Shown: one piece after another, positions 8,781 through 17,537 of the stretch
Position numbering within the stretch: the first letter of the stretch is position 1
How the letters are laid out: each line of letters starts with the position of its first letter
From: Candidatus Nanosynbacter lyticus
Lineage (GTDB): Bacteria; Patescibacteriota; Saccharimonadia; Saccharimonadales; Saccharimonadaceae
DNA length: 32,000 bases
NCBI RefSeq assembly: GCF_000803625.1
Contig: NZ_CP007496.1
Coordinates: forward strand, 673,139-705,138
Reading direction: 5' to 3'
Made by a program: the position numbers and the translations under genes
The notes under the pieces: model-generated
The model's database searches: none
The model's input: the letters and a program-made list of their open reading frames with translations, nothing else
Told to the model about the DNA's origin: nothing

Positions 8781-9347
8781 ATGTTTGATCCAAACGACTA
8801 CAACGAACTAACCGTCACCGAATCACCCATCCCTGGTCTATTCGTCGTCAAATTACCAGTCCATGGCGATAATCGCGGCTGGTTCAAAGAAAACTACCAA
8901 AAAGAAAAAATGGAAGCACTGGGACTACCGTCGTTTACCATCGTGCAAAACAACATCAGCTTCAATGATAAAGCTGGCGCCACTCGGGGCTTACACGCCG
9001 AGCCATGGAACAAATTCATCTCCACCGCCAACGGTCGGGTGTTCGGCTCGTGGTGCGATTTGCGTAAAGGCGACAGCTTTGGCCGAGTTTTCACGCACGA
9101 AATTAACCCCGGCACAGCAATTTTCGTACCAAAAGGCGTTGCCAATGGCTATCAAGCGCTTGACGACAACATTGCCTACACTTACCTGGTTGACGCGCAC
9201 TGGTCGCCAGCCGCCAAATACACCTTTGTCAATCTGTTTGATCCGGCACTCGGTATTGACTGGCCGATCAGCCAGGATCAAGCGATTATTTCTGAAAAGG
9301 ACGCCGCTCACCCGCTACTTACAAACGTAATCCCAATGGAGGTTTAA
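8781..9347 (+). CDS. rmlC: dTDP-4-dehydrorhamnose 3,5-epimerase
   Basis: 188 aa from ATG 8781 (AAGGA SD). Cupin-type RmlC motifs: GDNRGWFKE, RGLHAEPW and a KGVANGYQ segment. The track ORF start at 8700 lies inside rmlB. Confidence 0.92.
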   Translation: MFDPNDYNELTVTESPIPGLFVVKLPVHGDNRGWFKENYQKEKMEALGLPSFTIVQNNISFNDKAGATRGLHAEPWNKFISTANGRVFGSWCDLRKGDSFGRVFTHEINPGTAIFVPKGVANGYQALDDNIAYTYLVDAHWSPAAKYTFVNLFDPALGIDWPISQDQAIISEKDAAHPLLTNVIPMEV

Positions 9348-9348
9348 T

Positions 9349-10194
9349 ATGAATTCAAATAACATTTTTATCGTCGGAGCAAATGGTCAACTAGGGCGGG
9401 CACTTCGTCAACAATATCCAGAAGCACAGTTCGCCGACATAGACGAGATGGATATTACTGACCGCCAATCAGTTGAGTCATTTGATTGGTCAGGAATATC
9501 AATCGTTTTAAACGCAGCAGCCTTTACTAATGTTGACGGCGCAGAAACACCAGAAGGTCGCGTTGCAGCCTGGAAGGTTAACGCCTCAGCGGTTGCCAAC
9601 CTAACCCGAGTTTGTCGCTCTCACAATATGACTTTAGTACATATTTCCAGCGATTACGTATTTGACGGGACAAAAGAACCACATTATGAAAGCGAAGACT
9701 TTAGTCCGCTGAGTGTTTATGGTGCATCAAAGGCTGCTGGAGATTTGTTGGTTGAACAACTCGATAATTTTTACCTACTGCGTACTACTTGGGTGATTGG
9801 TGAAGGTAAAAATTTCGTCCGCACCATGCTGGGATTGGCGGAGAAAAATATTTCACCAACTGTTGTTCATGACCAAATTGGCCGGCTAACCTTTACTAAT
9901 GAATTGGTGAGAATTATTGACCACCTGCTGTCAACTAAGGCACCGTTTGGCACATACAACGCCACCAACGATGGCCCGTTGGAAAGCTGGGCTGACATTA
10001 CCAGGCGAATATTTAAGCTGGCTGGGCGCAATGACCTGACTGTTACCAACACGACGACGGCTGAATATTTTGCTGGCAAAGATGGGATTGCACCACGTCC
10101 ATTAGGCAGCAACATGAGCCTTGACAAGTTACATTCAACTGGATTTACTAGCTGTGATTGGACGCATGACTTAAAAGATTATATACTGAGCTAA
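9349..10194 (+). CDS. rmlD: dTDP-4-dehydrorhamnose reductase
   Basis: [13 protein letters not shown](P)-binding motif, [17 protein letters not shown] (YxxxK). 281 aa. GGAGG SD. Confidence 0.92.
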   Translation: MNSNNIFIVGANGQLGRALRQQYPEAQFADIDEMDITDRQSVESFDWSGISIVLNAAAFTNVDGAETPEGRVAAWKVNASAVANLTRVCRSHNMTLVHISSDYVFDGTKEPHYESEDFSPLSVYGASKAAGDLLVEQLDNFYLLRTTWVIGEGKNFVRTMLGLAEKNISPTVVHDQIGRLTFTNELVRIIDHLLSTKAPFGTYNATNDGPLESWADITRRIFKLAGRNDLTVTNTTTAEYFAGKDGIAPRPLGSNMSLDKLHSTGFTSCDWTHDLKDYILS

Positions 10195-10204
10195 AAGGAG
10201 TTTT

Positions 10205-11050
10205 ATGAAAGGAATAATTTTAGCAGGTGGATCAGGGACGCGCCTTTGGCCAATTACTCAGGCGATCAGTAAACAACTAATGCCGATTTATGATAAGCCG
10301 ATGATTTATTATCCGCTTACTACACTCATGCAGGCAGGAATTCGCGATATTTTGATAATTACCACACCAGACGACCAGGCTGGCTTTCAACGACTCCTTG
10401 GCGACGGTTCACAGTGGGGTATCACCCTCGAATATGCCGTTCAACCTAGCCCAGACGGCCTAGCACAAGCCTTCATCATCGGTGAAGATTTCATTGGCGA
10501 CGACAAGGTGGCGTTAGTCCTGGGAGATAACATCTTCCACGGTGAGCGGCTGGATGAATCTCTACAGGGGTGTACTAATCCTGATGGTGGTATAGTTTTT
10601 GCCTACAAGGTTTCTGACCCAGAACGATACGGTGTTGTCGAGTTTGATGAACAAAATCAAGCTATTTCCATTGAAGAAAAACCAGCCAAGCCAAAATCAA
10701 ACTTTGCCGTTGTTGGTTTGTATTTTTATGACAATGACGTGGTCGAAATCGCCAAGAACGTCAAACCATCCGACCGCGGTGAGCTAGAGATTACCTCCAT
10801 CAATGCTAAATACTTGCGCCGCGGTAAACTGCGGGTCCAAGCCTTAGACAACGGTGACGTTTGGCTGGATACTGGAACGATTGACAGCCTGACCGATGCC
10901 TCTGACTTTGTTCGGGTTATCCAAAAACGAACCGGCCGCATCATTGGTAGTCCAGAAAAAATTGCCTTTAAAAATGGCTGGATTAATCGGGATCAGCTTA
11001 GCAAGCTCTCTGAGCCGCTGAAAAAATCTGGTTACGGTAAGTATTTATAA
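10205..11050 (+). CDS. rmlA: Glucose-1-phosphate thymidylyltransferase
   Basis: [18 protein letters not shown].., [17 protein letters not shown], and an EKP..PKSN.AV.GLYFYD segment. AAGGAG SD. Confidence 0.95.
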   Translation: MKGIILAGGSGTRLWPITQAISKQLMPIYDKPMIYYPLTTLMQAGIRDILIITTPDDQAGFQRLLGDGSQWGITLEYAVQPSPDGLAQAFIIGEDFIGDDKVALVLGDNIFHGERLDESLQGCTNPDGGIVFAYKVSDPERYGVVEFDEQNQAISIEEKPAKPKSNFAVVGLYFYDNDVVEIAKNVKPSDRGELEITSINAKYLRRGKLRVQALDNGDVWLDTGTIDSLTDASDFVRVIQKRTGRIIGSPEKIAFKNGWINRDQLSKLSEPLKKSGYGKYL

Positions 11051-11054
11051 ATAG

Positions 11055-11063
11055 TGTTATACT
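11055..11063 (+). promoter_or_regulatory. Extended -10 (TGtTATACT) 6 nt upstream of the ATG at 11070
   Basis: TGTTATACT at 11055-11063 and ATG at 11070, with no SD between them. Confidence 0.45.
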
Positions 11064-11069
11064 ATTAAC

Positions 11070-11774
11070 ATGAAGAGGGTTTGTGTTATTATTCCAGCTT
11101 ATAACGAGGCAGCTGTCATTGAAAGTGTAATTAAAAAAGCCAAGAAGGTTTTTTCAAAAGCCAAGAAAGATTATTTGATAGATATCGTACTTGTTAATGA
11201 CGGGTCGAAGGATAATACTCTTGATCAAGCGCAAAAAGGCGGCGCAATTGTCATTGATCATATCTTGAATTCCGGAGCTGGCGGTGCAACACTAACTGGA
11301 CTTGCCTACGCGCAGCAACGCGGCTATGATATTGCCGCCACCATGGATGCTGATGGTCAGCACGATCCAGAAGATGTCTTGGCGGGCATTCGACAGAGCG
11401 ACAAATCTAACACTGATTTACTTATCGGTAGCCGGCTCATCAATAGCGAAGGCATGTCTAGGACTAAGGTTTTGGGAAATAAAGGCTTAAGTTTCATCAC
11501 TTATGCTCTGTTTGGCATCAATGTCACTGATTCACAGTCCGGTCTGCGAGTTTACTCGCGAAAGGCAATTGATAACCTCGACTGGAAATCGACTGGCTAC
11601 GAATTTTGCTCAGAGATGATTTGGCGCGCCAAACAAGCAGGCATGGTTATTTCCGAATACCCAATTAAAGCAATTTACACCGACTATTCCCGTGCCAAAG
11701 GTCAAAACAACTGGAATGCCATCAATATTGTCAAACGACTATTTAAGCAACGCTTAACGGAGTTATTCGAATGA
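11070..11774 (+). CDS. Soluble GT2 glycosyltransferase, polyprenyl-phosphate sugar synthase-like (GacI/DPM1-like)
   Basis: 234 aa. VIIPAYNEAAVI.., VNDGSKDNT, and MDADGQHDP (DxD-type). No C-terminal TM helices. Translationally coupled to the downstream small membrane protein. Confidence 0.75.
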   Translation: MKRVCVIIPAYNEAAVIESVIKKAKKVFSKAKKDYLIDIVLVNDGSKDNTLDQAQKGGAIVIDHILNSGAGGATLTGLAYAQQRGYDIAATMDADGQHDPEDVLAGIRQSDKSNTDLLIGSRLINSEGMSRTKVLGNKGLSFITYALFGINVTDSQSGLRVYSRKAIDNLDWKSTGYEFCSEMIWRAKQAGMVISEYPIKAIYTDYSRAKGQNNWNAINIVKRLFKQRLTELFE

Positions 11775-12124
11775 GATACCTTGTCCTTGTATTACTTAAT
11801 GTGCCGATTATTTTAGCAGCATTGATCAATATCATCACTCAGTACAAACTGCGCAAAGTCAGCGTAGCACGCTTTCGTCATCAATTAATCATCTGGGTAG
11901 TTATCATGGTTGTCCTGATTGGGTCATTTCCTCTGTATAATATTTCGATTGGCCATCCGCCGCTGGATTCATCAGAGTTAAGCTTATTTGATATTTTGCA
12001 AACTACAGCGATTATTTTGCTATTCTACATCGCCAACAACCAGCGCCAGCGTATCGACCAAAACGAGCGAAGACTACGCGATTTACATCAAGAATTATCA
12101 ATTAGGCTGTCGGATGAAAAATAG
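11771..12124 (+). CDS. Small 3-4 TM membrane protein, DUF2304/GacJ-like partner of the upstream GT2
   Basis: 117 aa. Hydrophobic N-terminal two-thirds and a charged C-terminal tail (QRQRIDQNERRLRDLHQELS). Its ATG overlaps the upstream stop (ATGA at 11771-11774). GGAG SD. The family assignment rests on size, topology and synteny only. Confidence 0.55.
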   Translation: MRYLVLVLLNVPIILAALINIITQYKLRKVSVARFRHQLIIWVVIMVVLIGSFPLYNISIGHPPLDSSELSLFDILQTTAIILLFYIANNQRQRIDQNERRLRDLHQELSIRLSDEK

Positions 12125-12929
12125 TATTGATATCATCGTACCTTACTGGGGTGAGTTTTCACTGCTGAAACAAACCGTCGATTCAGTGCTAGCACAAACC
12201 AGCAAAGCCTGGCATTTAACGATCCTCGACGATCATTATCCAGATAAGACCGCCTATGATTATTACAAAAAGTTAAATGATAAACGCATCACATATATCA
12301 GACATAGCAAAAATATTGGTATCACTGCCAACTTTAATTACGCTATTCAGCATGCAAGCGCACCGTATTGCATGATTGTTGGCTGCGACGACAAGCTATT
12401 GCCTAACTATGTTGCAACTATGCTAAAAAATATCGGTGAAGCAGATTTTTATCAGCCTCGCGTACAAATAATCGACGACAAAAGTAACGTATATCTACCG
12501 CTTGTCGATAAAGTGAAAAGAATATTGCAGCCTAAAAAATCCAGCATACTGTCTGGCGAAAAACTTGCCGCGTCGCTTTGCCACGGTAATTGGCTTTATT
12601 TTCCATCCATCACTTGGAAAACCGATACTCTCAAACGATATTCATTTGATACAAAGTATAAAATCCTTGAAGACGTCATCGTCGAATTAACCATGATTAT
12701 TGATGGCGCTTCGCTTTGTTTTGACACAACAGAAACTTTTCAATACCGCCGTTTTGCCGAGTCGTTATCTAGCAAGGAAAAAGGTAAAAATGGTGTCCGA
12801 TTCAAGGAAGAGAACGAAGTCTATGATAATTTTTCCGATAGGTTTAATGAGATTGGCTGGAAAAAAGCCGCACGAGCAGCAAAACTTCGCGTGACATCAC
12901 GCATCCACAGTTTCCTGTCGCGGTTTTAG
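12114..12929 (+). CDS. GT2 family glycosyltransferase
   Basis: 271 aa from ATG 12114. IDIIVPYWGEFSLLKQTVDSVLAQT.., LTILDDHYPD, and a GCDDKLLPNY (DxD-like) segment. The track ORF start at 11988 lies inside the upstream gene. Confidence 0.8.
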   Translation: MKNSIDIIVPYWGEFSLLKQTVDSVLAQTSKAWHLTILDDHYPDKTAYDYYKKLNDKRITYIRHSKNIGITANFNYAIQHASAPYCMIVGCDDKLLPNYVATMLKNIGEADFYQPRVQIIDDKSNVYLPLVDKVKRILQPKKSSILSGEKLAASLCHGNWLYFPSITWKTDTLKRYSFDTKYKILEDVIVELTMIIDGASLCFDTTETFQYRRFAESLSSKEKGKNGVRFKEENEVYDNFSDRFNEIGWKKAARAAKLRVTSRIHSFLSRF

Positions 12930-12945
12930 CGCTTATCCTATCACT

Positions 12946-13929
12946 CTATTTTGTCTTTGCAAACTTACGATTAACCGCCCACGTATACAGATTGACGATT
13001 ATCGATTGCGGCAATAGGTCATACAGTCGCCAGTTTATGTCTTTCTTCGCCACTGGCATTTTAGCGTTTTTCCAGGGCGTTAGTTTCAAATATTTACGCC
13101 ACAAAAAACCAACTGGATTATCGTTACCCCGCTGCCATGGCCGACCGTTCACACCAAACTGCGAATGAATGATCTTCGGCGTGTAGTAACTCTCCATGAT
13201 TTCATCATAACTGTAAAAGCTTTCAGGCAAGAAACCGTTGGCTTTAATGTATTTTTTAATATCATAGCCATAGAAAACAGTCGAGAAATTATATTCCACA
13301 CCAACTTTCTTGATCTTACCTTTGAAAAACACGTTGCACAAATCTTGGTCAGCCACCTCGTAGCTATTGTGCCGCAAATGCTCGCGCATCTTGGCATCAA
13401 TCTTATCTTTCATCCATTTTTTGTGATTGATAAGCATAATTCCACAGTTAAAGTAGCCGTCGGTTGGTTTCAAACCAATGACATCTTTGTGCGCGTTCAC
13501 CATGGTAGCGTCGTACGACAGAGCCATCACATTACCCTCGAAATCAAGCTCCAGAAGACCATCAAGCGCACCACTAATCACCGTGTGCGGGTTAATGTAC
13601 AAAATTCGGTCCGTTTTAATATCAAGCTTAGCAAACGCCAACATCTTATACCACGTGATATACAGCCCCTTCCAAGCCTTAACGCCGATCTCTTTCAGTT
13701 CATCATGGTAGCTTGAGACATCAACAAACGTAATTGTGGCATTCTGGTAGTTACCAACCATTTTGTTGAATTTATTGATACTATCTTTTTCCAGCTGGTG
13801 TCCGAGGTAAAAAATATTAATCTCTTTCAAATGTTTATTGTTCTCCAAAAGCGATACAATAGAAATTGCACTGACTACGGCATAGTTGTCATCACTTTGA
13901 TATATAACATTTATAATTCCTTTATTCAT
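12946..13929 (-). CDS. GT8 family glycosyltransferase (LPS galactosyl/glucosyltransferase-like)
   Basis: INVIYQSDDNYAVVSAISIVSLLENN, YINPHTVI, FNCGIMLIN and ADQDLCN are all typical Glyco_transf_8 motifs. Confidence 0.82.
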   Translation of the reverse strand: MNKGIINVIYQSDDNYAVVSAISIVSLLENNKHLKEINIFYLGHQLEKDSINKFNKMVGNYQNATITFVDVSSYHDELKEIGVKAWKGLYITWYKMLAFAKLDIKTDRILYINPHTVISGALDGLLELDFEGNVMALSYDATMVNAHKDVIGLKPTDGYFNCGIMLINHKKWMKDKIDAKMREHLRHNSYEVADQDLCNVFFKGKIKKVGVEYNFSTVFYGYDIKKYIKANGFLPESFYSYDEIMESYYTPKIIHSQFGVNGRPWQRGNDNPVGFLWRKYLKLTPWKNAKMPVAKKDINWRLYDLLPQSIIVNLYTWAVNRKFAKTK

Positions 13930-13940
13930 GACTGTAATTC

Positions 13941-14798
13941 CTATCCACTAACCGGCAGTTGTTTAATGTAATCTTTCAGCATGTCCGTGTAGTCTCTTGG
14001 CGTGAAACCTGCTCGACGCAACTTCGACAAGTCCATATCACTATTGAGTGGTCGTGGCGCAAAGCCTGGTTTGCTGGCAGCGTATTCCTCGGTAGAAATT
14101 GGTTGCACACGATTGCGGTCATGTCCGGCGTATTCGAACACATCGGCAGCAATTTCATACCATGATTTAACTGGACCTTCGTTAGTGACATTGTATAGTC
14201 CGTATGCTACGTTATTATCTAAGAAATATTTAGTAGCTCGAGCAATCTCTGACGCAAACGTCAGCCGACCAAACTGATCATTAACTACTTTTGGATTGAT
14301 GCGCATATCCGCCAATTTTTTCATAGTTTTTGGCATATTGTGACCGTCACCAACGACCCAAGATACCCGCATAATGTAGTGTTTTGGCACTAAGCTAACC
14401 ACCAAATCACCCGCCGCCTTACTTTCTCCATAAACCAAAAGAGGCGCAACCACTTCATCATCTTGATGGTTTTTCTCCCGACCGTCCCAGACATAATCTG
14501 ATGAATAGTGGACAAGGGTCTTATTCTGCTCAATAGCAATCTTAGCTAGGTTGCGTGGACCATAAGCATTCGCCAACCACGTCTTAGCACGCAGGTCGTC
14601 TGTCTCAGAACCATCAGCGTTAACCAAGGCTGCCGCATTTATGATAACGTCGTATTTCGACCAATCAAACGCGTCTATTTGCGCTTCATCGGATATATCT
14701 AATTCTTCTCGTGATAACGCCTTGGCGTCTGGAAACATAACACACAGCGCCCTACCCAGTTGTCCACTTGCTCCCACAATTACATACTTCTTACTCAT
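13941..14798 (-). CDS. Second RmlD-family NAD(P)-dependent 4-ketoreductase (dTDP-4-dehydrorhamnose reductase paralog)
   Basis: GASGQLGRAL, SSDYVWDG and YGESKAAGD motifs. It aligns without major gaps to the rmlD at 9349-10194, at roughly 40-50% identity by eye. Confidence 0.85.
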   Translation of the reverse strand: MSKKYVIVGASGQLGRALCVMFPDAKALSREELDISDEAQIDAFDWSKYDVIINAAALVNADGSETDDLRAKTWLANAYGPRNLAKIAIEQNKTLVHYSSDYVWDGREKNHQDDEVVAPLLVYGESKAAGDLVVSLVPKHYIMRVSWVVGDGHNMPKTMKKLADMRINPKVVNDQFGRLTFASEIARATKYFLDNNVAYGLYNVTNEGPVKSWYEIAADVFEYAGHDRNRVQPISTEEYAASKPGFAPRPLNSDMDLSKLRRAGFTPRDYTDMLKDYIKQLPVSG

Positions 14799-16051
14799 AA
14801 CTCCCCTTTTCTCTTGTCAATTATTATAGCATCTTTTAGTGACCGCTTGTAGATAACCAACAGAAGTGCTAGTTGCAAAAAGCTGATCAGCATAAAAACT
14901 AACACACTACCCAACATCGCCAACTGCTCAATCAGGCATATAGACATCACTACCGCCAAAACATCTGTGAGTAGCAATGTATAAAACTGCCCCTTAAACC
15001 GACGCATAATTATCAGCAAATTAACATAAATCGACACAAAAGCGTTCGCCGCCGCGCCAATCACCATAATAGTCAAATCAAGGCGGAAATTATTGATATT
15101 GATGCCAAAAATAACGTTAAGCATCCAAACACCAATCAAATAGCTCAGGACAACTGAAAGTACGCCCATCCCAAAAGTTATTTGATTAATCTTACCAACA
15201 ATTCGCGCGAACTCCTTCAATTTTCCTTTTGCTAATAACTCAGACAAATTCACGACATTCGGCTGAATGATAAACGATATGAAGAGTCCAAGGAGCGTAA
15301 TTGGCATCGCCATAATGCCAAAATAGCCAATTTGGTCAGGATGGGACTTGTCCAAAAAATACCGCGGGATATTGAGTGAAAACATCGTCAAAAACATCAC
15401 AACGAACACCACTGAAGTGTGTTTCATGATGACAACAGCCTGGGTGATATACTCTTTGCATAATTTTTTACTTATACTGATAGTTTCAACGCGCCGCACC
15501 CAAAGTATATCGTAGAGGAATATAATCAGCATATTAATCAATAATATTGCCAACGTGCCGTATATGACATTTTTAGTGACAATGTCAACCGCCATGAACG
15601 CCGCAAAACCAAGCATCGCTTTCATAGTTAATGATATGCCAGCGATATATAGCTTATGATGAATTTGCAGGACACCGTATAGCGAGTCGGCGATTGATTC
15701 TAGTATCTTAAAGGTTACCAAAATCATGATCAGACCTGTCTTTGTAGTGTTATATCCGTTAAGGAAGCAAAATGCTACCGCGGAAATCGCCACAATGAGT
15801 GATGCGACGAAGCGTACAGCAACATAGCCGCCACTCGAAAATTCCCGCTTAATATCAGATACTTGATAGGTCCGACCACCCCATAAAGAAACCGCCCAAA
15901 ACACCACCGAAAGCGACAGCGCAAACGAAAATAACCCAGAATCCTCGATGCCATTCAACCGCGTAATAACAATCAATAATACTGGTGAAATTGCACTCTG
16001 TAACAATGAACCTAACGAGTTCCAGATGTAGTCCTTTTTCTGCGATTGCAT
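14795..16051 (-). CDS. Wzx-type (MOP superfamily) lipid-linked glycan flippase
   Basis: 418 aa with ~12 predicted TM helices. Polysaccharide-biosynthesis-protein-like N-terminus (IWNSLGSLLQSAISPVLLIVITRLNGIEDSGLFSFALS). Overlaps the downstream RmlD paralog by 4 nt. Confidence 0.7.
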   Translation of the reverse strand: MQSQKKDYIWNSLGSLLQSAISPVLLIVITRLNGIEDSGLFSFALSLSVVFWAVSLWGGRTYQVSDIKREFSSGGYVAVRFVASLIVAISAVAFCFLNGYNTTKTGLIMILVTFKILESIADSLYGVLQIHHKLYIAGISLTMKAMLGFAAFMAVDIVTKNVIYGTLAILLINMLIIFLYDILWVRRVETISISKKLCKEYITQAVVIMKHTSVVFVVMFLTMFSLNIPRYFLDKSHPDQIGYFGIMAMPITLLGLFISFIIQPNVVNLSELLAKGKLKEFARIVGKINQITFGMGVLSVVLSYLIGVWMLNVIFGININNFRLDLTIMVIGAAANAFVSIYVNLLIIMRRFKGQFYTLLLTDVLAVVMSICLIEQLAMLGSVLVFMLISFLQLALLLVIYKRSLKDAIIIDKRKGEL

Positions 16052-16057
16052 ATCATT

Positions 16058-16066
16058 AGTATAGCA
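16058..16066 (-). promoter_or_regulatory. Extended -10 (TGcTATACT, minus strand) 6 nt upstream of the wzx-like ATG
   Basis: The minus strand reads TGCTATACT-AATGAT-ATG (ATG at 16051). No SD. Confidence 0.5.
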
Positions 16067-16092
16067 AGTTTGCTCAATAAACTACTCTACTT

Positions 16093-16098
16093 TATAAT
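16093..16098 (+). promoter_or_regulatory. TATAAT -10 element 11 nt upstream of the ATG at 16110
   Basis: TATAAT at 16093-16098. No SD before ATG 16110. Confidence 0.4.
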
Positions 16099-16109
16099 TT
16101 GCTTAGTAT

Positions 16110-17498
16110 ATGAAAAAATATTGGTCTTTATTCTTATCTTTTATTAAAAAGCCTGAAAATGTCTTTATATCTTTGTCATTGTTTTTTGGAGTGTTGTCGG
16201 CAGCCACCGTACCTCTGCTATCAATCAATGACGAAGGTGTACATTATATGCGGGCCTATGGGCTATCCCAAGGAAAAATTGAATCAGGAGTTGCCTGTAC
16301 TTTACCTAAAGAAGTGGTATTAAAAGCAAAAGAAGCAGATGTAAATAATTTCGTAACTAGCTATAAGAAAACTATAAATCGTAGCGATACAGAGACAGGG
16401 AAATGCAGTAGCGCAACTGGCTATCCTCCAATTATGCATCTACCGCAGACAATTGGTATCATTTTGGCAAATCTCGTACACGGTTCACTTGGGATAACTA
16501 TTATATTCGGAAGATTAGCCAACCTAATATTTTATTCATTTGCTCTTTATTTCATCATAAAATGGGTACGCGTTGGCAAATGGGCATTCGTAGCAACCGG
16601 CCTATTTCCGCTAATGATACATTTGGCAGCGTCTCTTTCCGGAGATAGTGTGACAAATATCGCAATTTTTACCGCTATTGCTGCTACATTAAATTTCTTT
16701 AGTCAAAAAAGCCCGTTAACTCGACAACAGCAGTTGCTTATTATTGCTGTAGCCTGCTTGTTAATTCTCACAAAGTCGGTAACAATACTCTTATTATCAC
16801 CAGTCATTTTCTTGCCAAAGCGCCTCTTTGTTCCAGATAAAAAATCAAAAATATCTTTTATTCCGCAAAAATGGTTGGTTCTCTCAGCAGCAGCAATATT
16901 AGCAGGCCTTTGTTTAATAGCGTGGCTTCATGTATACACACAACCCCTACTCACCACTGGCGCACCGCATAATCCGCTTCATAGCAATCCGCTCAAATTT
17001 ATCCAGATATTATTTAATACTTACCTAAACCCAAACCTGCCCGTATCCGACGATATCCTGAGGGGCGTGATTGGCGCATTCTCTGCTTTTAAATACGGGC
17101 TGCCACTTTTTATATTACTACCATCATTTTCCCTCCTCTTCCTCTCTCTCCTTCATTACAACAAGAAAGACCAGGAGTTATTAGGAGAGCAGACTGGTAA
17201 ATTGGCAGTGTATAATTTGGCGACAATTGGGTTGTTTGTTTGTGCAGTGTCGTATGCTATGTATACAGCGTGGGCCTTATTGCCATTTAGGTTTGGCGAG
17301 GGAGCGTATTATGCGGATGGTGTTCAGGGTAGATATTTTACAGCAACAGCAGCTATGTTGGTGCCGGTAGGATTGTGGCTGCAGAAGTATATTAATGTGA
17401 GAACTAAGAATGACAAGGTATTTAACCTTATTATGTTCTTTGGGCTAGCTTTAGTGCTTGGGTTTTATGTTTTTGAGACGGTGTGGAAATTTAAGTAG
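16110..17498 (+). CDS. Polytopic GT-C-like membrane protein (DUF2142-like putative polyprenyl-phosphate-sugar-dependent glycosyltransferase), paralog 1
   Basis: 462 aa with ~11-13 TM helices. An acidic motif in the first predicted external loop (SINDEGVHYMRAY) resembles the GT-C/DUF2142 DE..H motif. It sits next to Wzx and polyprenyl-P-sugar synthase genes. Confidence 0.6.
   Translation: MKKYWSLFLSFIKKPENVFISLSLFFGVLSAATVPLLSINDEGVHYMRAYGLSQGKIESGVACTLPKEVVLKAKEADVNNFVTSYKKTINRSDTETGKCSSATGYPPIMHLPQTIGIILANLVHGSLGITIIFGRLANLIFYSFALYFIIKWVRVGKWAFVATGLFPLMIHLAASLSGDSVTNIAIFTAIAATLNFFSQKSPLTRQQQLLIIAVACLLILTKSVTILLLSPVIFLPKRLFVPDKKSKISFIPQKWLVLSAAAILAGLCLIAWLHVYTQPLLTTGAPHNPLHSNPLKFIQILFNTYLNPNLPVSDDILRGVIGAFSAFKYGLPLFILLPSFSLLFLSLLHYNKKDQELLGEQTGKLAVYNLATIGLFVCAVSYAMYTAWALLPFRFGEGAYYADGVQGRYFTATAAMLVPVGLWLQKYINVRTKNDKVFNLIMFFGLALVLGFYVFETVWKFK
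17127..17487 (+). repeat. 361-bp perfect direct repeat, copy 1 (3' coding module of GT-C paralog 1)
   Basis: Base-by-base comparison shows 17127-17487 is identical to 18555-18915 (offset 1428 bp, in frame). It begins with a 28-nt all-pyrimidine run (17127-17154). Confidence 0.95.
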
Positions 17499-17518
17499 CT
17501 ATCCTAATCATGACAATG

Positions 17519-17527
17519 TGCTAGAAT
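17519..17527 (+). promoter_or_regulatory. Extended -10 (TGcTAGAAT) 10 nt upstream of the ATG at 17538
   Basis: TGCTAGAAT at 17519-17527. No SD before ATG 17538. Confidence 0.4.
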
Positions 17528-17537
17528 AAAAACAGTT

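Noticed and set aside
17131-17154. The CT-rich tract (CCCTCCTCTTCCTCTCTCTCCTTC), considered as a slipped-strand phase-variation repeat.
   Set aside because: The pure dinucleotide part is only about 4-5 CT units and both copies are in frame and identical. That is too short and too stable-looking for SSR-type phase variation. I retained it only as a possible recombination boundary.
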